Positions 39,959-50,006 of a stretch of 56,254 nt of DNA are shown in pieces. The notes beneath the pieces were generated by a model. It was not told the origin of the DNA and did not search any database. It worked only from the letters and a program-made list of their open reading frames with translations. The stretch is taken from NCBI GenBank assembly GCA_038063875.1, contig JBBTUH010000025.1:1-56254 (forward strand), given 5' to 3'. How positions within the stretch are numbered: the first letter of the stretch is position 1; each line of letters starts with the position of its first letter. Both the position numbers and the translations under genes were made by a program. This DNA is from Patescibacteria group bacterium (GTDB lineage: Bacteria; Patescibacteriota; Microgenomatia; UBA10105; UBA927).

Positions 39959-40214
39959 ACTTTTTTCCTAATCGCTTCCCTTCTTTTTTCCTTGCAATCT
40001 CGATGATTTGTAACGTCGTATATTTTTTAGACATTGGATGATCGGCCAAAAGTCCTTGTAGGTCTTCCCATGTATCGTCTACCTTTTCCAACACGACTGT
40101 ATTGTCTTTTACACTCGTCCAAAATTTGCTACCCTTATTAAGACCCAAAAGAGAAACTATAGAGACAGGGAGCGTGAGCTGATTTTTTGAAGTAAGTGTC
40201 AATACTGTTTGCAT
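39939..40214 (-). CDS. AbrB/MazE-type antitoxin
   Basis: LTSKNQLTLP....LGL.KG. Confidence 0.88.
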   Translation of the reverse strand: MQTVLTLTSKNQLTLPVSIVSLLGLNKGSKFWTSVKDNTVVLEKVDDTWEDLQGLLADHPMSKKYTTLQIIEIARKKEGKRLGKKYERMLR

Positions 40215-40262
40215 ACCTTACTTTATATCATTTACCTTACTTTTTGTCAATTACCTTACTTT
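40214..40262. promoter_or_regulatory. Three 11-bp direct repeats (taccttacttt) at 19-bp spacing; operator candidate
   Basis: Copies start at 40214, 40233 and 40252, interleaved with the -10 and TTGACA boxes. Confidence 0.65.
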
Positions 40263-41022
40263 CTATAAATAATCTTCTCATGGTTTTTGGAATCTGATTT
40301 GCTAAATCCGTCGCATTAATAAATGGTCCGACGGTTTTATATAATTCATCCCCTGCTTTTTTATTAATAGTGCTTCCAATAACCGCTGAAGTAAACGGGT
40401 CGTTCATACAGGCTAATGCCGCGATAAGTCCTGCTAACACGTCCCCTGTCCCCCCCTTGGTCATCCCCGCATTTCCCCCAGTAATAATTTCAGTCTTCTC
40501 TCCATCGGAAACTATATCTTTTTCCCCCTTAAGAAGAACTATGCACTGATGTTTTTTAGCAACACTCTCAATAGTAGCTTCGTCGAATATCCGTGTATAT
40601 TCCCCATGATGTGGCGTCAAAATTGCATTCTTTGGAATCAAAGAAATATCCATCATCTGAAGCGCCCCCGCATCAATCACCCACTGTTTATTCGGATAAG
40701 CCTTCAGTAATCGATTCGTGAGCGTTTTTGTTTCTTCATCTCGGGTCATTCCAGGACCGATCAGGACACAATCATCTTCCTCTATATAACTTTCGATATC
40801 ATCCCTACGAATCACGATGCCGTTTCGAAATTCTTTTTTGGCTTCACGGACAAGCTCATTATTCTCAGGTACTGACGCATAGTGAACGAGGTCTACAATG
40901 CGTGACGCGACAGTGAGAGACCAAATACTTGCCGCATGAAATAATGAGCTGCCCCCGATAAGAAGGAGCCTACCATTTTGTCCTTTGTGTGAGCCCGCAA
41001 GAGGAACATTAATATGTTTCAT
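40237..41022 (-). CDS. nnrD: ADP-dependent NAD(P)HX dehydratase
   Basis: SHKGQNG, IGPGM, VIDAGAL, TPHHGE, GGTGDVLAG. Confidence 0.92.
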   Translation of the reverse strand: MKHINVPLAGSHKGQNGRLLLIGGSSLFHAASIWSLTVASRIVDLVHYASVPENNELVREAKKEFRNGIVIRRDDIESYIEEDDCVLIGPGMTRDEETKTLTNRLLKAYPNKQWVIDAGALQMMDISLIPKNAILTPHHGEYTRIFDEATIESVAKKHQCIVLLKGEKDIVSDGEKTEIITGGNAGMTKGGTGDVLAGLIAALACMNDPFTSAVIGSTINKKAGDELYKTVGPFINATDLANQIPKTMRRLFIESKVIDKK

Positions 41023-42083
41023 AAAGGCAATCGTATCACGTCTATATCTCCCAACTCTTTTTCTATATGCGTATCTGCAGTAGTTAAAATTGTTTGTTGT
41101 TTTCTCATAAGCGACCGCACAACATCTCTATGTTTACGATCAAATTCAGAAAAGACGTCATCCAATAATACCACTGGGCGTTCTCCGTATACCGCTTCTA
41201 TATATGCTGCTTCCACACACTTGAGCCACAACACGGCTGACCGTTGCTCACCCCGAGAACCAAACTCTCGCACGTTGACCATCATCTCTTTTTTAGGAAT
41301 GGTCATCATAATGCGAAAATCATCTCTCTGTGGACCTACCAAGGTCGACTTGGCAGCAACTTCTTCACTGGCGTACTGGAGTAGCCGTGCTTCTGTAATC
41401 CGGCTTGGCTCATAAAAAACACGAAATATTTTTATATCCACATCAGGTGCGTTTCTCGTAAAGTCTATATAGGCTTCTCGCTTTTTGGTAATATAATCCC
41501 CTGCTTTTATAAGCAGCTGATCCCAAAACAATAGCTGATTTCTGGTCGCTTGGCGTTTATTGATCCTCTCTAGAAGCATATTCCGCTGCCGCAACCCTTT
41601 CTCGTACGACACTAAAAATCGACGGTATTCGATATCTGTTTGCGATAACACCGTATCAAGATACCGCCGACGCATACTCGGACTATCGGTGACTAAATCA
41701 AGATCTTGCGGCCAAAACAACACAACTTTAAGATTTCCAGTCATATCACTTGATCTTCGGCTGATGCCATTAACAAAAAACTTCTTGATCGGTGCTCTCT
41801 GATCCTGCAGTATTCCTTGTGTCACATACATTGCCACAGAAACTTTTTCTTTACCGTGTATAACCTGCGCAGTAACTTTTCCAATCTCTTGACCAAATCG
41901 GACTACGTCACGATCAGCAATCGCGCGAAAGCTTTTCCCAGTAGCCAACAACATAATAGCCTCAAGCACATTAGTCTTCCCTGTCGCGTTTTCCCCAACG
42001 ATCAATGTGACCCTCTCTGAAAAAGAAAATGTATGCTTCTTATAGCTTCGAAAATCAGAGAGTACTAACGATTGTAGTTGCAT
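41019..42083 (-). CDS. recF: DNA replication/repair protein RecF
   Basis: FRSY, GENATGKTN, GPQRDD, GSRGEQR, LLDDVFSE. Confidence 0.94.
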   Translation of the reverse strand: MQLQSLVLSDFRSYKKHTFSFSERVTLIVGENATGKTNVLEAIMLLATGKSFRAIADRDVVRFGQEIGKVTAQVIHGKEKVSVAMYVTQGILQDQRAPIKKFFVNGISRRSSDMTGNLKVVLFWPQDLDLVTDSPSMRRRYLDTVLSQTDIEYRRFLVSYEKGLRQRNMLLERINKRQATRNQLLFWDQLLIKAGDYITKKREAYIDFTRNAPDVDIKIFRVFYEPSRITEARLLQYASEEVAAKSTLVGPQRDDFRIMMTIPKKEMMVNVREFGSRGEQRSAVLWLKCVEAAYIEAVYGERPVVLLDDVFSEFDRKHRDVVRSLMRKQQTILTTADTHIEKELGDIDVIRLPL

Positions 42084-42090
42084 GTTGGGG

Positions 42091-42792
42091 CTATGAGATG
42101 GTGGTTCCGACAAACGCCTTGTTATCAAGTGCTCGTGCGAGGTTGTCCAAATTCTTTCCATTTACTATTTTCACCGTCACAGCAAATTGTTCAGCTAGCT
42201 TACTTGCAATAGGATCAAAGGGCGCATTCAACCCAGGACTCCACTGGTTACCCGCCATTTCTCGATATGTTGACCAGCTTATTTCGCTCAAAGGCTTCGC
42301 ATCTGGAAATTTCTTGGGATCCTTGGTATACACCTGATCAACATTGGTCATATTGATAACCTCACGCATACCGTAATCCTGACACAGGGTTACCGCACAA
42401 TAATCAGTACTCCATCCTGGCTTCCAACCCGCAGCAATTGCCACAGGCGCGTCAATTTTTAATATCACCTCATAATGCTTAATCACCCGCAGATCGGCGA
42501 TATCTTGAAATACAGTGCGTACAAGCTGTGCATTGAGTCGCGTGGCGTGGACACCGAGCCAATCAGCGTCAGAGTCTGTGAGCTCTTGCCCTCGTACAGT
42601 ACTTGCAGCTTTTTGATAATGTCTCGTTATCACACCGCCACCCACCACAATAAAAAATCTCCGCTTATGTTCGGAGACTTGGTTGCGGATAAAATCATGA
42701 AATTTGATGAGAAAGTCGGTATCAATACCACCCTCAGGAACGACGAGGGATCCGCCAAGTGAGAGCACAAATGCTGATGTAGATTGTTGCAT
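42091..42792 (-). CDS. pyrH: UMP kinase (archaeal-type)
   Basis: SLGGS, VGGG, PGWSTD, DP..FPDA, PFDP.A. Confidence 0.9.
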   Translation of the reverse strand: MQQSTSAFVLSLGGSLVVPEGGIDTDFLIKFHDFIRNQVSEHKRRFFIVVGGGVITRHYQKAASTVRGQELTDSDADWLGVHATRLNAQLVRTVFQDIADLRVIKHYEVILKIDAPVAIAAGWKPGWSTDYCAVTLCQDYGMREVINMTNVDQVYTKDPKKFPDAKPLSEISWSTYREMAGNQWSPGLNAPFDPIASKLAEQFAVTVKIVNGKNLDNLARALDNKAFVGTTIS

Positions 42793-42841
42793 GGGACAAA
42801 TCTAATGCTATCATTATCCCTCAAGTCGTGCAAATGAACCA

Positions 42842-43636
42842 TTATTTTAAATGCGCCAAGCCATTTATTCTTGCCAATCGAAACGATCGAATAAAAAATG
42901 CTAATGCCAACATAAGAAATACTGCGTTCAATAAATAACTTTTTATCATCATGTCTGTCTGAAATGACCCAGTTAATAGGACTGATCGCATACCCTCAAA
43001 TATATAAGAAGATGGCAAAAAATGTGCAACTGCTTGCACCCAATTCGGCAAGGAATCCAAAGGATAGTATGTGGCAGAAAAAGGCATAAGAGCAAACCCG
43101 CCCGCCCATGCAAGAGTTTGTATATTTGTACCAAATCGCAAAAATAACCCTGCAATAAACAACCCAAATCCCCACCCCATAATAAGCAAACCCACAATAA
43201 ATGGGATAAGAGCAAATCCTAAGTGAAATATATTTACAGCATACAGAAAATATGCAACCAATGCCGTAAACGCAATTGTCAAAATTAATTTAAGAAATCC
43301 AAGAGCACATAGTGCAATTGTCCACTCAGGAAGCGTTAACGGAGAACTAAACAGATTGCCTAAATTTTCACTCCATAATTCTTCTAATAAATTTACGGTG
43401 ATCTCATATTGTCCCCGCCATAAAACGTACCAAAGAATAATGCCAGAAACAACCATGCTTATCTGAATGATGGCGCCCTGTCCCTGTTTTGTCAGTGCAG
43501 AAATCGTTAATCCCCATATAATAATATCCAATGATGGCCAATAAAATGCATCGACAATTCTATCCCAAGAATGATAGAAGTTATATAAATGACGCAATAC
43601 TACAGCCCAAACTCGATGCCACGCGATTGGTTTCAT
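42842..43636 (-). CDS. ABC-2 type permease
   Basis: About six TM segments; YYPLDSLP.W. Confidence 0.9.
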   Translation of the reverse strand: MKPIAWHRVWAVVLRHLYNFYHSWDRIVDAFYWPSLDIIIWGLTISALTKQGQGAIIQISMVVSGIILWYVLWRGQYEITVNLLEELWSENLGNLFSSPLTLPEWTIALCALGFLKLILTIAFTALVAYFLYAVNIFHLGFALIPFIVGLLIMGWGFGLFIAGLFLRFGTNIQTLAWAGGFALMPFSATYYPLDSLPNWVQAVAHFLPSSYIFEGMRSVLLTGSFQTDMMIKSYLLNAVFLMLALAFFIRSFRLARINGLAHLK

Positions 43637-44544
43637 ACAGCTCCTTTACTTACCGATAAGAAAAAATTTTCTAGTGAGGGTCTTGTAATCTCTATCTCAT
43701 CATATTCAATACCCTGCTTCCCAATGTCCAAAAGAAAAGGAGCAATTTTACTTTCAGGAATAGTTATTGTTATAAATCTATTCTTTTCCACATACGAAAA
43801 ATTGTCACGAATAGCGCTTTTTACCAATCTTTTTAACCCATCTTTTATCATAAGGCTTAACTCAGCCTTATCGTTTCTATGTGCTAATCCTGCTGGGGTA
43901 TCTACAGCAAATACCTTTCCATGATTGAGAAATACTACGCGATCGCACATTTCCTCGACTTCGCTCATATTGTGAGATGTAATAAGCATAGACATATTAC
44001 GGCGACTTCGTTCTTCTAAAATAAAGTTTCGAATTTTTTCTGCTATATCAGGGTCTAAACTCGCCGTTGGTTCATCCAAAAGTAACACCTCTGGATCGTT
44101 TAAAAATGCTTTGACCAAAAGTATTCGTGTCATTTGTCCTGCCGAAAGATCTTGAAATTTTTTTGGCAATAAATCCAACACTTCAAACCTATCAGACAGA
44201 GAATAAATTTTTTCTTTACGATTAGCCACCTTATACATATACGCATAAACATTTAAATTTTCCCAAACCGTAAGTCTCCATGGGAGACGCGCATACCCTG
44301 ATGAAGTGTTTATTCGTTGCAAAATTTCTTCATGATGTGAAAAAAATGATTTTCCGAAAAATGCTATTGACCCAGATGTTGGCGACATGAGAGATAAAAG
44401 CATCTGGATGGTCGTCGTCTTCCCAGCGCCATTAGGTCCCAACAATCCAACTATTTCTCCTTCTCCTATAGAAAAGGAAACATTGTTGACCGCAGTAAAC
44501 GTGCCAAATTGTTTATGAAGATTTTTTACCGTTAGGACGTCCAT
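43633..44544 (-). CDS. ABC transporter ATP-binding protein
   Basis: GPNGAGKTT, LSAGQ, LLDEPT, TSH. Confidence 0.95.
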   Translation of the reverse strand: MDVLTVKNLHKQFGTFTAVNNVSFSIGEGEIVGLLGPNGAGKTTTIQMLLSLMSPTSGSIAFFGKSFFSHHEEILQRINTSSGYARLPWRLTVWENLNVYAYMYKVANRKEKIYSLSDRFEVLDLLPKKFQDLSAGQMTRILLVKAFLNDPEVLLLDEPTASLDPDIAEKIRNFILEERSRRNMSMLITSHNMSEVEEMCDRVVFLNHGKVFAVDTPAGLAHRNDKAELSLMIKDGLKRLVKSAIRDNFSYVEKNRFITITIPESKIAPFLLDIGKQGIEYDEIEITRPSLENFFLSVSKGAV

Positions 44545-45628
44545 ATTTTTCTACAAACGATTGTATTTCTTTGACAAATCGTTCTTTGCTAAACTTTTTT
44601 GCTTGTTTCCTACATTCCTCAGGAGACAAGTCTATTGTATTACTTTTCTTGATTGCCTCAACCAAAGATTCTACGGTGGCCTCACGAAACAAAACGCCAG
44701 TTTTCCCATCCACTACAGTCTCCACAACTCCTCCTTGTGATAATCCGATGACAGGCGTTCCTGCTGCCATAGATTCAACAGGTACGATACCAAAATCTTC
44801 ATCAAGGGCTGCAAATATCGTCGCTTTCGCACCACGATATAACTGTGATAATTGTTCATCGCCCACTCCTCCAAGAAATTCAACAGTCGGACCGGCCAGT
44901 GCTTTCAAGCGCTCTTCTTCTGAACCCGTGCCTACTATCTTTAATGGGATCTGTAATCTGTTGGCCGCTTCAATAATAATGTTCGTTTGCTTCGACCACG
45001 CTAATCGACCAACACTTAAAAAGTGCGTTCTCGGTGGACCTGCCCGCAACGCCTTCGCAGGCTTGCCTAGCGTGGCAGGAGGGTATATAACTGTTGATTC
45101 ACGTCGATAAAACTTTTCTACTCTTCGTGCCGTCTCTTTCGAATTCGCTATAAAATAATCCACTTTTTGCGCTGTTTCAAAGTCGTAATGTCTAAGGAAA
45201 AAATTAATCACGCTTGTGTATACACGCACTGGCCAGTATCGTTGCCATGTGCCGCCTGTCGCGTAGCCGTATAAATTACGTGGCGGATGATGAATATAAC
45301 AGATTTGTAACGGAGCTTTTACTCCGCGGCACATAAACCAACCACTCGAAGTAATCACGACGTCAAATGCTGATAAATCGAAACTTTCCCAAATTTTAGG
45401 AGCAAGAAAACGAAGCGGGGAAATAAATTTTTTGATAAACCAATATTTTTGCACCCAGCTTGACCGAATATCCCAGCCTTTAAACCGTACACTATGCTTT
45501 CCCATTGCCCTAAAATCCACAAACGCCGTGTACAAGGGCGCCTCCGGATATATTTCATGAAACACCTCCAAAACGCGTTCCGCCCCCCCATACTCGCGAA
45601 GATAATCATGAACAAGTGCAACGTTCAT
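44513..45628 (-). CDS. Glycosyltransferase family 4
   Basis: GGAERV, IANS, EDFGIVPVESMAAG; in-frame palindromic insert at 45039-45079. Confidence 0.94.
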   Translation of the reverse strand: MNVALVHDYLREYGGAERVLEVFHEIYPEAPLYTAFVDFRAMGKHSVRFKGWDIRSSWVQKYWFIKKFISPLRFLAPKIWESFDLSAFDVVITSSGWFMCRGVKAPLQICYIHHPPRNLYGYATGGTWQRYWPVRVYTSVINFFLRHYDFETAQKVDYFIANSKETARRVEKFYRRESTVIYPPATLGKPAKALRAGPPRTHFLSVGRLAWSKQTNIIIEAANRLQIPLKIVGTGSEEERLKALAGPTVEFLGGVGDEQLSQLYRGAKATIFAALDEDFGIVPVESMAAGTPVIGLSQGGVVETVVDGKTGVLFREATVESLVEAIKKSNTIDLSPEECRKQAKKFSKERFVKEIQSFVEKYGRPNGKKSS

Positions 45629-46041
45629 ATAGTGATAAATTCATCTAAGCTCACGCTAATATTAGGAATCATCAAAAGCTCTTTATCATTCGTTATCAAC
45701 CTTTGTTCAAGCCCACGAGCAAGTGAAACGTACAACGCATCATAGACAGTAATACGTTCGCGTATGGCGACTTCTGACAATGCACCAATACTACGAAATG
45801 AAAAATCAATGAAGTTGATGCCGCTTTTCCCAAGTAATTCAATAAACTCTTTGACCTTCTTGGTGGGTATTTTTTTCTTTTTCAACAGCACATTGAGGAC
45901 TTCAATCAAAAGAAAAGAAGGTGCAGAAGCCACAATATGTCCTTTTTGTATTTGATCAAAAAATTTCCAGGCTTTCTTACCCGCCTCTGCCTCATCAAAC
46001 ATTTGCAGGATAATACTTGCGTCAACAATAATATTGCTCAT
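45625..46041 (-). CDS. vapC: PIN domain toxin
   Basis: VDAS, EVLN, YDALY, ITND. Confidence 0.92.
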   Translation of the reverse strand: MSNIIVDASIILQMFDEAEAGKKAWKFFDQIQKGHIVASAPSFLLIEVLNVLLKKKKIPTKKVKEFIELLGKSGINFIDFSFRSIGALSEVAIRERITVYDALYVSLARGLEQRLITNDKELLMIPNISVSLDEFITI

Positions 46042-46292
46042 TCATCCCTATCCCTCTCTTCTCGTATCAGTTTCATCCAATCCGTTTTTCCTGCTTTTTT
46101 TGCCATTTTTTTGCATAAATTACGAAATGCAATAAGATTTTTTTCAACTTCATCATCACTCTTAAGATAATTATTGTTTTTCACCAAACCATCGACAAGC
46201 TCTCCTAATGTTTTCTTTTTAGAAAAAGACTGTAACATAAGAAATTCGTGCGTATCACTGGGTATTGTGATTGTTGTCCTTACTAGATTCAT
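46038..46292 (-). CDS. RHH-type antitoxin
   Basis: RTTITI...TLGELV, IREERD. Confidence 0.78.
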   Translation of the reverse strand: MNLVRTTITIPSDTHEFLMLQSFSKKKTLGELVDGLVKNNNYLKSDDEVEKNLIAFRNLCKKMAKKAGKTDWMKLIREERDRDE

Positions 46293-46337
46293 ATACGTAT
46301 GATAGCATCAAAATGCTTTGATGTCAAGATGATGTTG

Positions 46338-47294
46338 TTAAAATAACGACTGTTGTCTCGTTTCTTCATTTTCTGTTTTAGCTTTAATCACAACTTTTAC
46401 GTCTTTATTCTGTTCGATACCAATCAATCTCCGAAGCAGCGATTGAAATCCGTATTTCTCAAGCTCTTTTCGCGCGGACATACTATCCAGTGTTTTGATG
46501 TGCGCAGCGCTTTGAGAAAATGTAACAGGTGCGTCACGGCGAATAGTAGCTAATTGTAAACTAAGATACGCGCTCTCTTTTCCTTTTGTAAGTTTTTCGA
46601 TGACTCCTTTGGATAATGTGGTTTTAGAGTCCTCAAGTGCCGCATAAAGGGCATCAATTGATCTATAGGGTGTGAGTATCGACACGGCAGTTTTCGGCCC
46701 TATTCCAGGCACCCCAGGATAATTATCCGACTGATCACCAGCCAAAGCTTTAAATTCGGGTATTAATTTTGGGGGTATACCTAATCGCGTGACAACGTCC
46801 GCTTCATGATAAATCTTTCCCTCCGACAATCCCTTGGTCGGCATAAATAATAACACCTTCTCATCTTCCACTAACTGCAAGATGTCCCGATCTCCTGTAA
46901 TAATAATTACCTGATCAATCTCTTTCTTGCTCTTTGTTTGTTTAGTAATTGTTCCAATCACATCATCTGCCTCAAATCCATCACACTCGTATGCTGAGAC
47001 ACCAAAGGCTTTCACAGCATCATGGACCATTGAAATTTGACCAATGAAATCGTCATCAATCTTTGGCCTCTGCTTTTGATATTGTGCATACAGTTGATCA
47101 CGAAATGTGGGCCCCGGCCTATCAAATGCCACAGCCATATGAGAGGGATGAAAGTCGTGATAAATTTTTATAAGCATGGAGAGAAACCCATATACCACAC
47201 TTACCGATTTCCCGTCAGGAGAAGTTAGAGGTGGCATCGCGTGGTATGCTCGATGCATAATGGCATTGCCATCGATAAGAATCATTCGATTCAT
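46338..47294 (-). CDS. Stand-alone 5'-3' exonuclease (PolA N-terminal domain)
   Basis: IDGN, EADDVIG, TGDRD, GDQSDNYPGVPGIGPKTA. Confidence 0.93.
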   Translation of the reverse strand: MNRMILIDGNAIMHRAYHAMPPLTSPDGKSVSVVYGFLSMLIKIYHDFHPSHMAVAFDRPGPTFRDQLYAQYQKQRPKIDDDFIGQISMVHDAVKAFGVSAYECDGFEADDVIGTITKQTKSKKEIDQVIIITGDRDILQLVEDEKVLLFMPTKGLSEGKIYHEADVVTRLGIPPKLIPEFKALAGDQSDNYPGVPGIGPKTAVSILTPYRSIDALYAALEDSKTTLSKGVIEKLTKGKESAYLSLQLATIRRDAPVTFSQSAAHIKTLDSMSARKELEKYGFQSLLRRLIGIEQNKDVKVVIKAKTENEETRQQSLF

Positions 47295-49177
47295 GCTATT
47301 TTCTTCTTTGGCCCACCCATGAGTTGTTCAAACTCATCAAACTCAACCGTTTCTTTTTTGATAAGCGCTGCTGCTACTTTATCCATATCTTTTACGTGCT
47401 TTTTTACAATGGTTAATGCGTCCTGGTATGCGGTGTCGAGAAATTTCTTCACCTCGCGATCAATTGCTCCCTGCATCTCTTGAGAAATTTGTGCTTGTTC
47501 ATAATACCCTTTCCCCCATGCAGTGATATCTTGCTGTGGGCCAAAATTAATTGGACCCAAATCACTCATCCCAAACTCCATCACCATGTATCGGGCTATG
47601 CGTGTTGCTTGATCTATATCATTTGCGGCACCACTAGTCATCTCTTTAAATATCACTTGCTCTGCGGCTCTTCCGCCCATAGTCATTGCCATTTCCTGAA
47701 GAAGCTGTGATTTTGTTTCATGGAGGCGATCTTTTTCTGGGGGAGACATCGTGTACCCTAATGCCATACCTCGGGAAACTATAGAAATTCTGTGCACCAT
47801 ATCCAAATACGGACTGTAATAATTGACAACTGCATGTCCCGCTTCATGATACGCGGTCATTTTTCTATCCAAATCACTTTGCAACCTTTTTTTCTCCGGC
47901 CCTAATTTTACTTTCGTAGCCGCTTCTTCTATATCTGCCATATCTATTTCTTTTTTCTCGCCACGCGCTGCCATAATAGCCGACTCGTTTAACATGTTTT
48001 CGATATCAGCGCCGGAAAATCCAACTGTTCGTTTGGCCACCTTATCCCAATCGACTGCCGTCGCGTATGGCTTACCTTTCGCATGAATTTTGAGGATATC
48101 TTTTCTTCCTTCTAAATCAGGAAGATCAAGAGTGACGCGTCGATCAAACCGCCCAGGACGCGTGAGTGCAGGATCGAGTAAATCCCCACGGTTGGTGGCG
48201 GCAACGACGAGTACCGCAGTGTTTGGTTCGAATCCATCCATTTCTACGAGTATTTGGTTTAATGTTTGCTCGCGCTCGTCATGCCCACCCATCACGCCAG
48301 AACTTCGCATTCTCCCAATAGCATCTATTTCATCGATAAAAATAATTGCCGGTGCGTTCTTTTTGGCTTGCGCAAATAAATCTCGTGCACGAGAAGCGCC
48401 AACGCCCACAAGCATTTCCATAAACTCGCTACCTGCAATTGAGTAAAACGCCGTCTTGGCTTCCCCCGCCATGGCTTTAGCAAGAAGCGTTTTCCCTGTT
48501 CCTGATGGCCCCACGAGGATCACTCCTTTTGGCGTTCTGGCGCCGAGCGCTTTGTATTTGGCTGGATTTTTGAGGAAATCAACCACCTCTTCTAATTCTT
48601 TTTTCGCTTCATCGACTCCTGCCACATCCGCAAATGTGACCTTGGGTAAATCTTTATTAAACACGCGCGCTTTCGATTGACCAAATGAAAATACGCTATC
48701 TTGTGCGCCTCTTGCCTGACGAAAAATAAAAAGAAAAAATACGACAGTAAGTATAAATGGCAATAAATTAGAAATAATCCCCGCCCACAATTGCATACCG
48801 CTTAAATCTTTTACTGAGATTTCTACAGATTTAGGATCAACGCCCGACGCTTCCAAAAGTTTAATAAATGAATCCTGTGGTTCTTTTTGAGAAATAAATT
48901 TCTTGTCATCTTTATATATTGCGACAATTTTAGATTCTTCTACTTCGATCTTTGACACTTTTTGATCTTTAATATCAGATATCAAAGAAGTGAGCGGTTT
49001 TTTATCAAAAAGCGTTGATGGATTTGAAAAACTCCCTATAAGGGAAAAAATCATGAAGACGACAAAAAGCCCAATAAAAATATTTTTAAGATTAAATTGA
49101 AACTGCATCTGGAAAAGTTTCTTCGAACCTTTTCCGTTTCCATTTCTTTTTACTGGGTGTGGATGTTTCTCTGCCAT
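47291..49177 (-). CDS. ftsH: ATP-dependent zinc metalloprotease FtsH
   Basis: Two TMs, [25 protein letters not shown]. Confidence 0.98.
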   Translation of the reverse strand: MAEKHPHPVKRNGNGKGSKKLFQMQFQFNLKNIFIGLFVVFMIFSLIGSFSNPSTLFDKKPLTSLISDIKDQKVSKIEVEESKIVAIYKDDKKFISQKEPQDSFIKLLEASGVDPKSVEISVKDLSGMQLWAGIISNLLPFILTVVFFLFIFRQARGAQDSVFSFGQSKARVFNKDLPKVTFADVAGVDEAKKELEEVVDFLKNPAKYKALGARTPKGVILVGPSGTGKTLLAKAMAGEAKTAFYSIAGSEFMEMLVGVGASRARDLFAQAKKNAPAIIFIDEIDAIGRMRSSGVMGGHDEREQTLNQILVEMDGFEPNTAVLVVAATNRGDLLDPALTRPGRFDRRVTLDLPDLEGRKDILKIHAKGKPYATAVDWDKVAKRTVGFSGADIENMLNESAIMAARGEKKEIDMADIEEAATKVKLGPEKKRLQSDLDRKMTAYHEAGHAVVNYYSPYLDMVHRISIVSRGMALGYTMSPPEKDRLHETKSQLLQEMAMTMGGRAAEQVIFKEMTSGAANDIDQATRIARYMVMEFGMSDLGPINFGPQQDITAWGKGYYEQAQISQEMQGAIDREVKKFLDTAYQDALTIVKKHVKDMDKVAAALIKKETVEFDEFEQLMGGPKKKIA

Positions 49178-49200
49178 ACGAGCTTGAAGTATAGCACGGA

Positions 49201-49458
49201 TTACCGCAAAACGTCTTTGAGGAGTCTGTACACTTCTTTCCGATGACCGATAAGAATGATATATGCGAAATTTCCTCGTCGATATATAATCCGGTAATTC
49301 CCCACCCTCACCCGATAGATATCCTTATATCCGGAAAGTTTTTCTTCATTGGATATTGATTCTAGACGGCTTCTTATTTTTTGAGTAATTGCGATTTGAT
49401 CGAACTTTTGAAGTTTCCTAAATTGCTTCTCGGCCCGCGGCGAGATGACTATCTTCAT
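49201..49458 (-). CDS. relE: RelE/ParE family toxin
   Basis: YRVRVGNYRIIY, GHRKEVY. Confidence 0.93.
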   Translation of the reverse strand: MKIVISPRAEKQFRKLQKFDQIAITQKIRSRLESISNEEKLSGYKDIYRVRVGNYRIIYRRGNFAYIILIGHRKEVYRLLKDVLR

Positions 49459-49694
49459 AGTCCAAGACTTTTTGCAACAGTTTCAAAATCTTTCCCTTTG
49501 GAAAAATCTGCATCTGCTATCGCTTGTCTATCTATCTTGTCCTCCAACATAGCTATCATCTTTTCATACAACAATTTCCCAATCACATATGCCTGCACCT
49601 TGTTTCTATTTTCAACCGCCACAGGGTAGTCGGCTGCCATAGAAATGATAGCAGAAGGATTCACTTTCAGCTGCGAGATCGACGTTGTATTCAT
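49455..49694 (-). CDS. Phd/YefM-like antitoxin
   Basis: SISQLK.NP, PVAV.NRN...AY; inverted repeat aaacaggtct/agacctgttt at 49714-49740 upstream. Confidence 0.85.
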   Translation of the reverse strand: MNTTSISQLKVNPSAIISMAADYPVAVENRNKVQAYVIGKLLYEKMIAMLEDKIDRQAIADADFSKGKDFETVAKSLGL

Positions 49695-49790
49695 ATAAGT
49701 AAATACTATCACTAAACAGGTCTCATTTCAAGACCTGTTTGACTTTCCTCTCTCTCTCTCTCTGCGAAAATCTCAGGCAGGATTAATCAT

Positions 49791-50006
49791 ATGGCCAAAA
49801 AGACATCATCAAGTCCTGGAAAGATAGAAGCATCTGATGGGCGCATATTTGCGCTCGCAGCTACAGCCGGTAAATCAGAAATTCCCGGAGATGTATTTCT
49901 CGAACTGTACAAGGAAGGGCTTGAAAGAATACTCAAAACTCGTGAGCCTGTTCAAATAAACTATTTAGTTTTACCACGACGTCAAAGAAAAAAGAAGGCA
50001 AAATAA
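49791..50006 (+). CDS. Small hypothetical protein (71 aa)
   Basis: Fills the intergenic gap; AGGA upstream. Confidence 0.5.
   Translation: MAKKTSSSPGKIEASDGRIFALAATAGKSEIPGDVFLELYKEGLERILKTREPVQINYLVLPRRQRKKKAK

Noticed and set aside
49748-49762. (CT)n microsatellite
   Set aside because: Short and intergenic, with no demonstrable effect on a promoter or frame.
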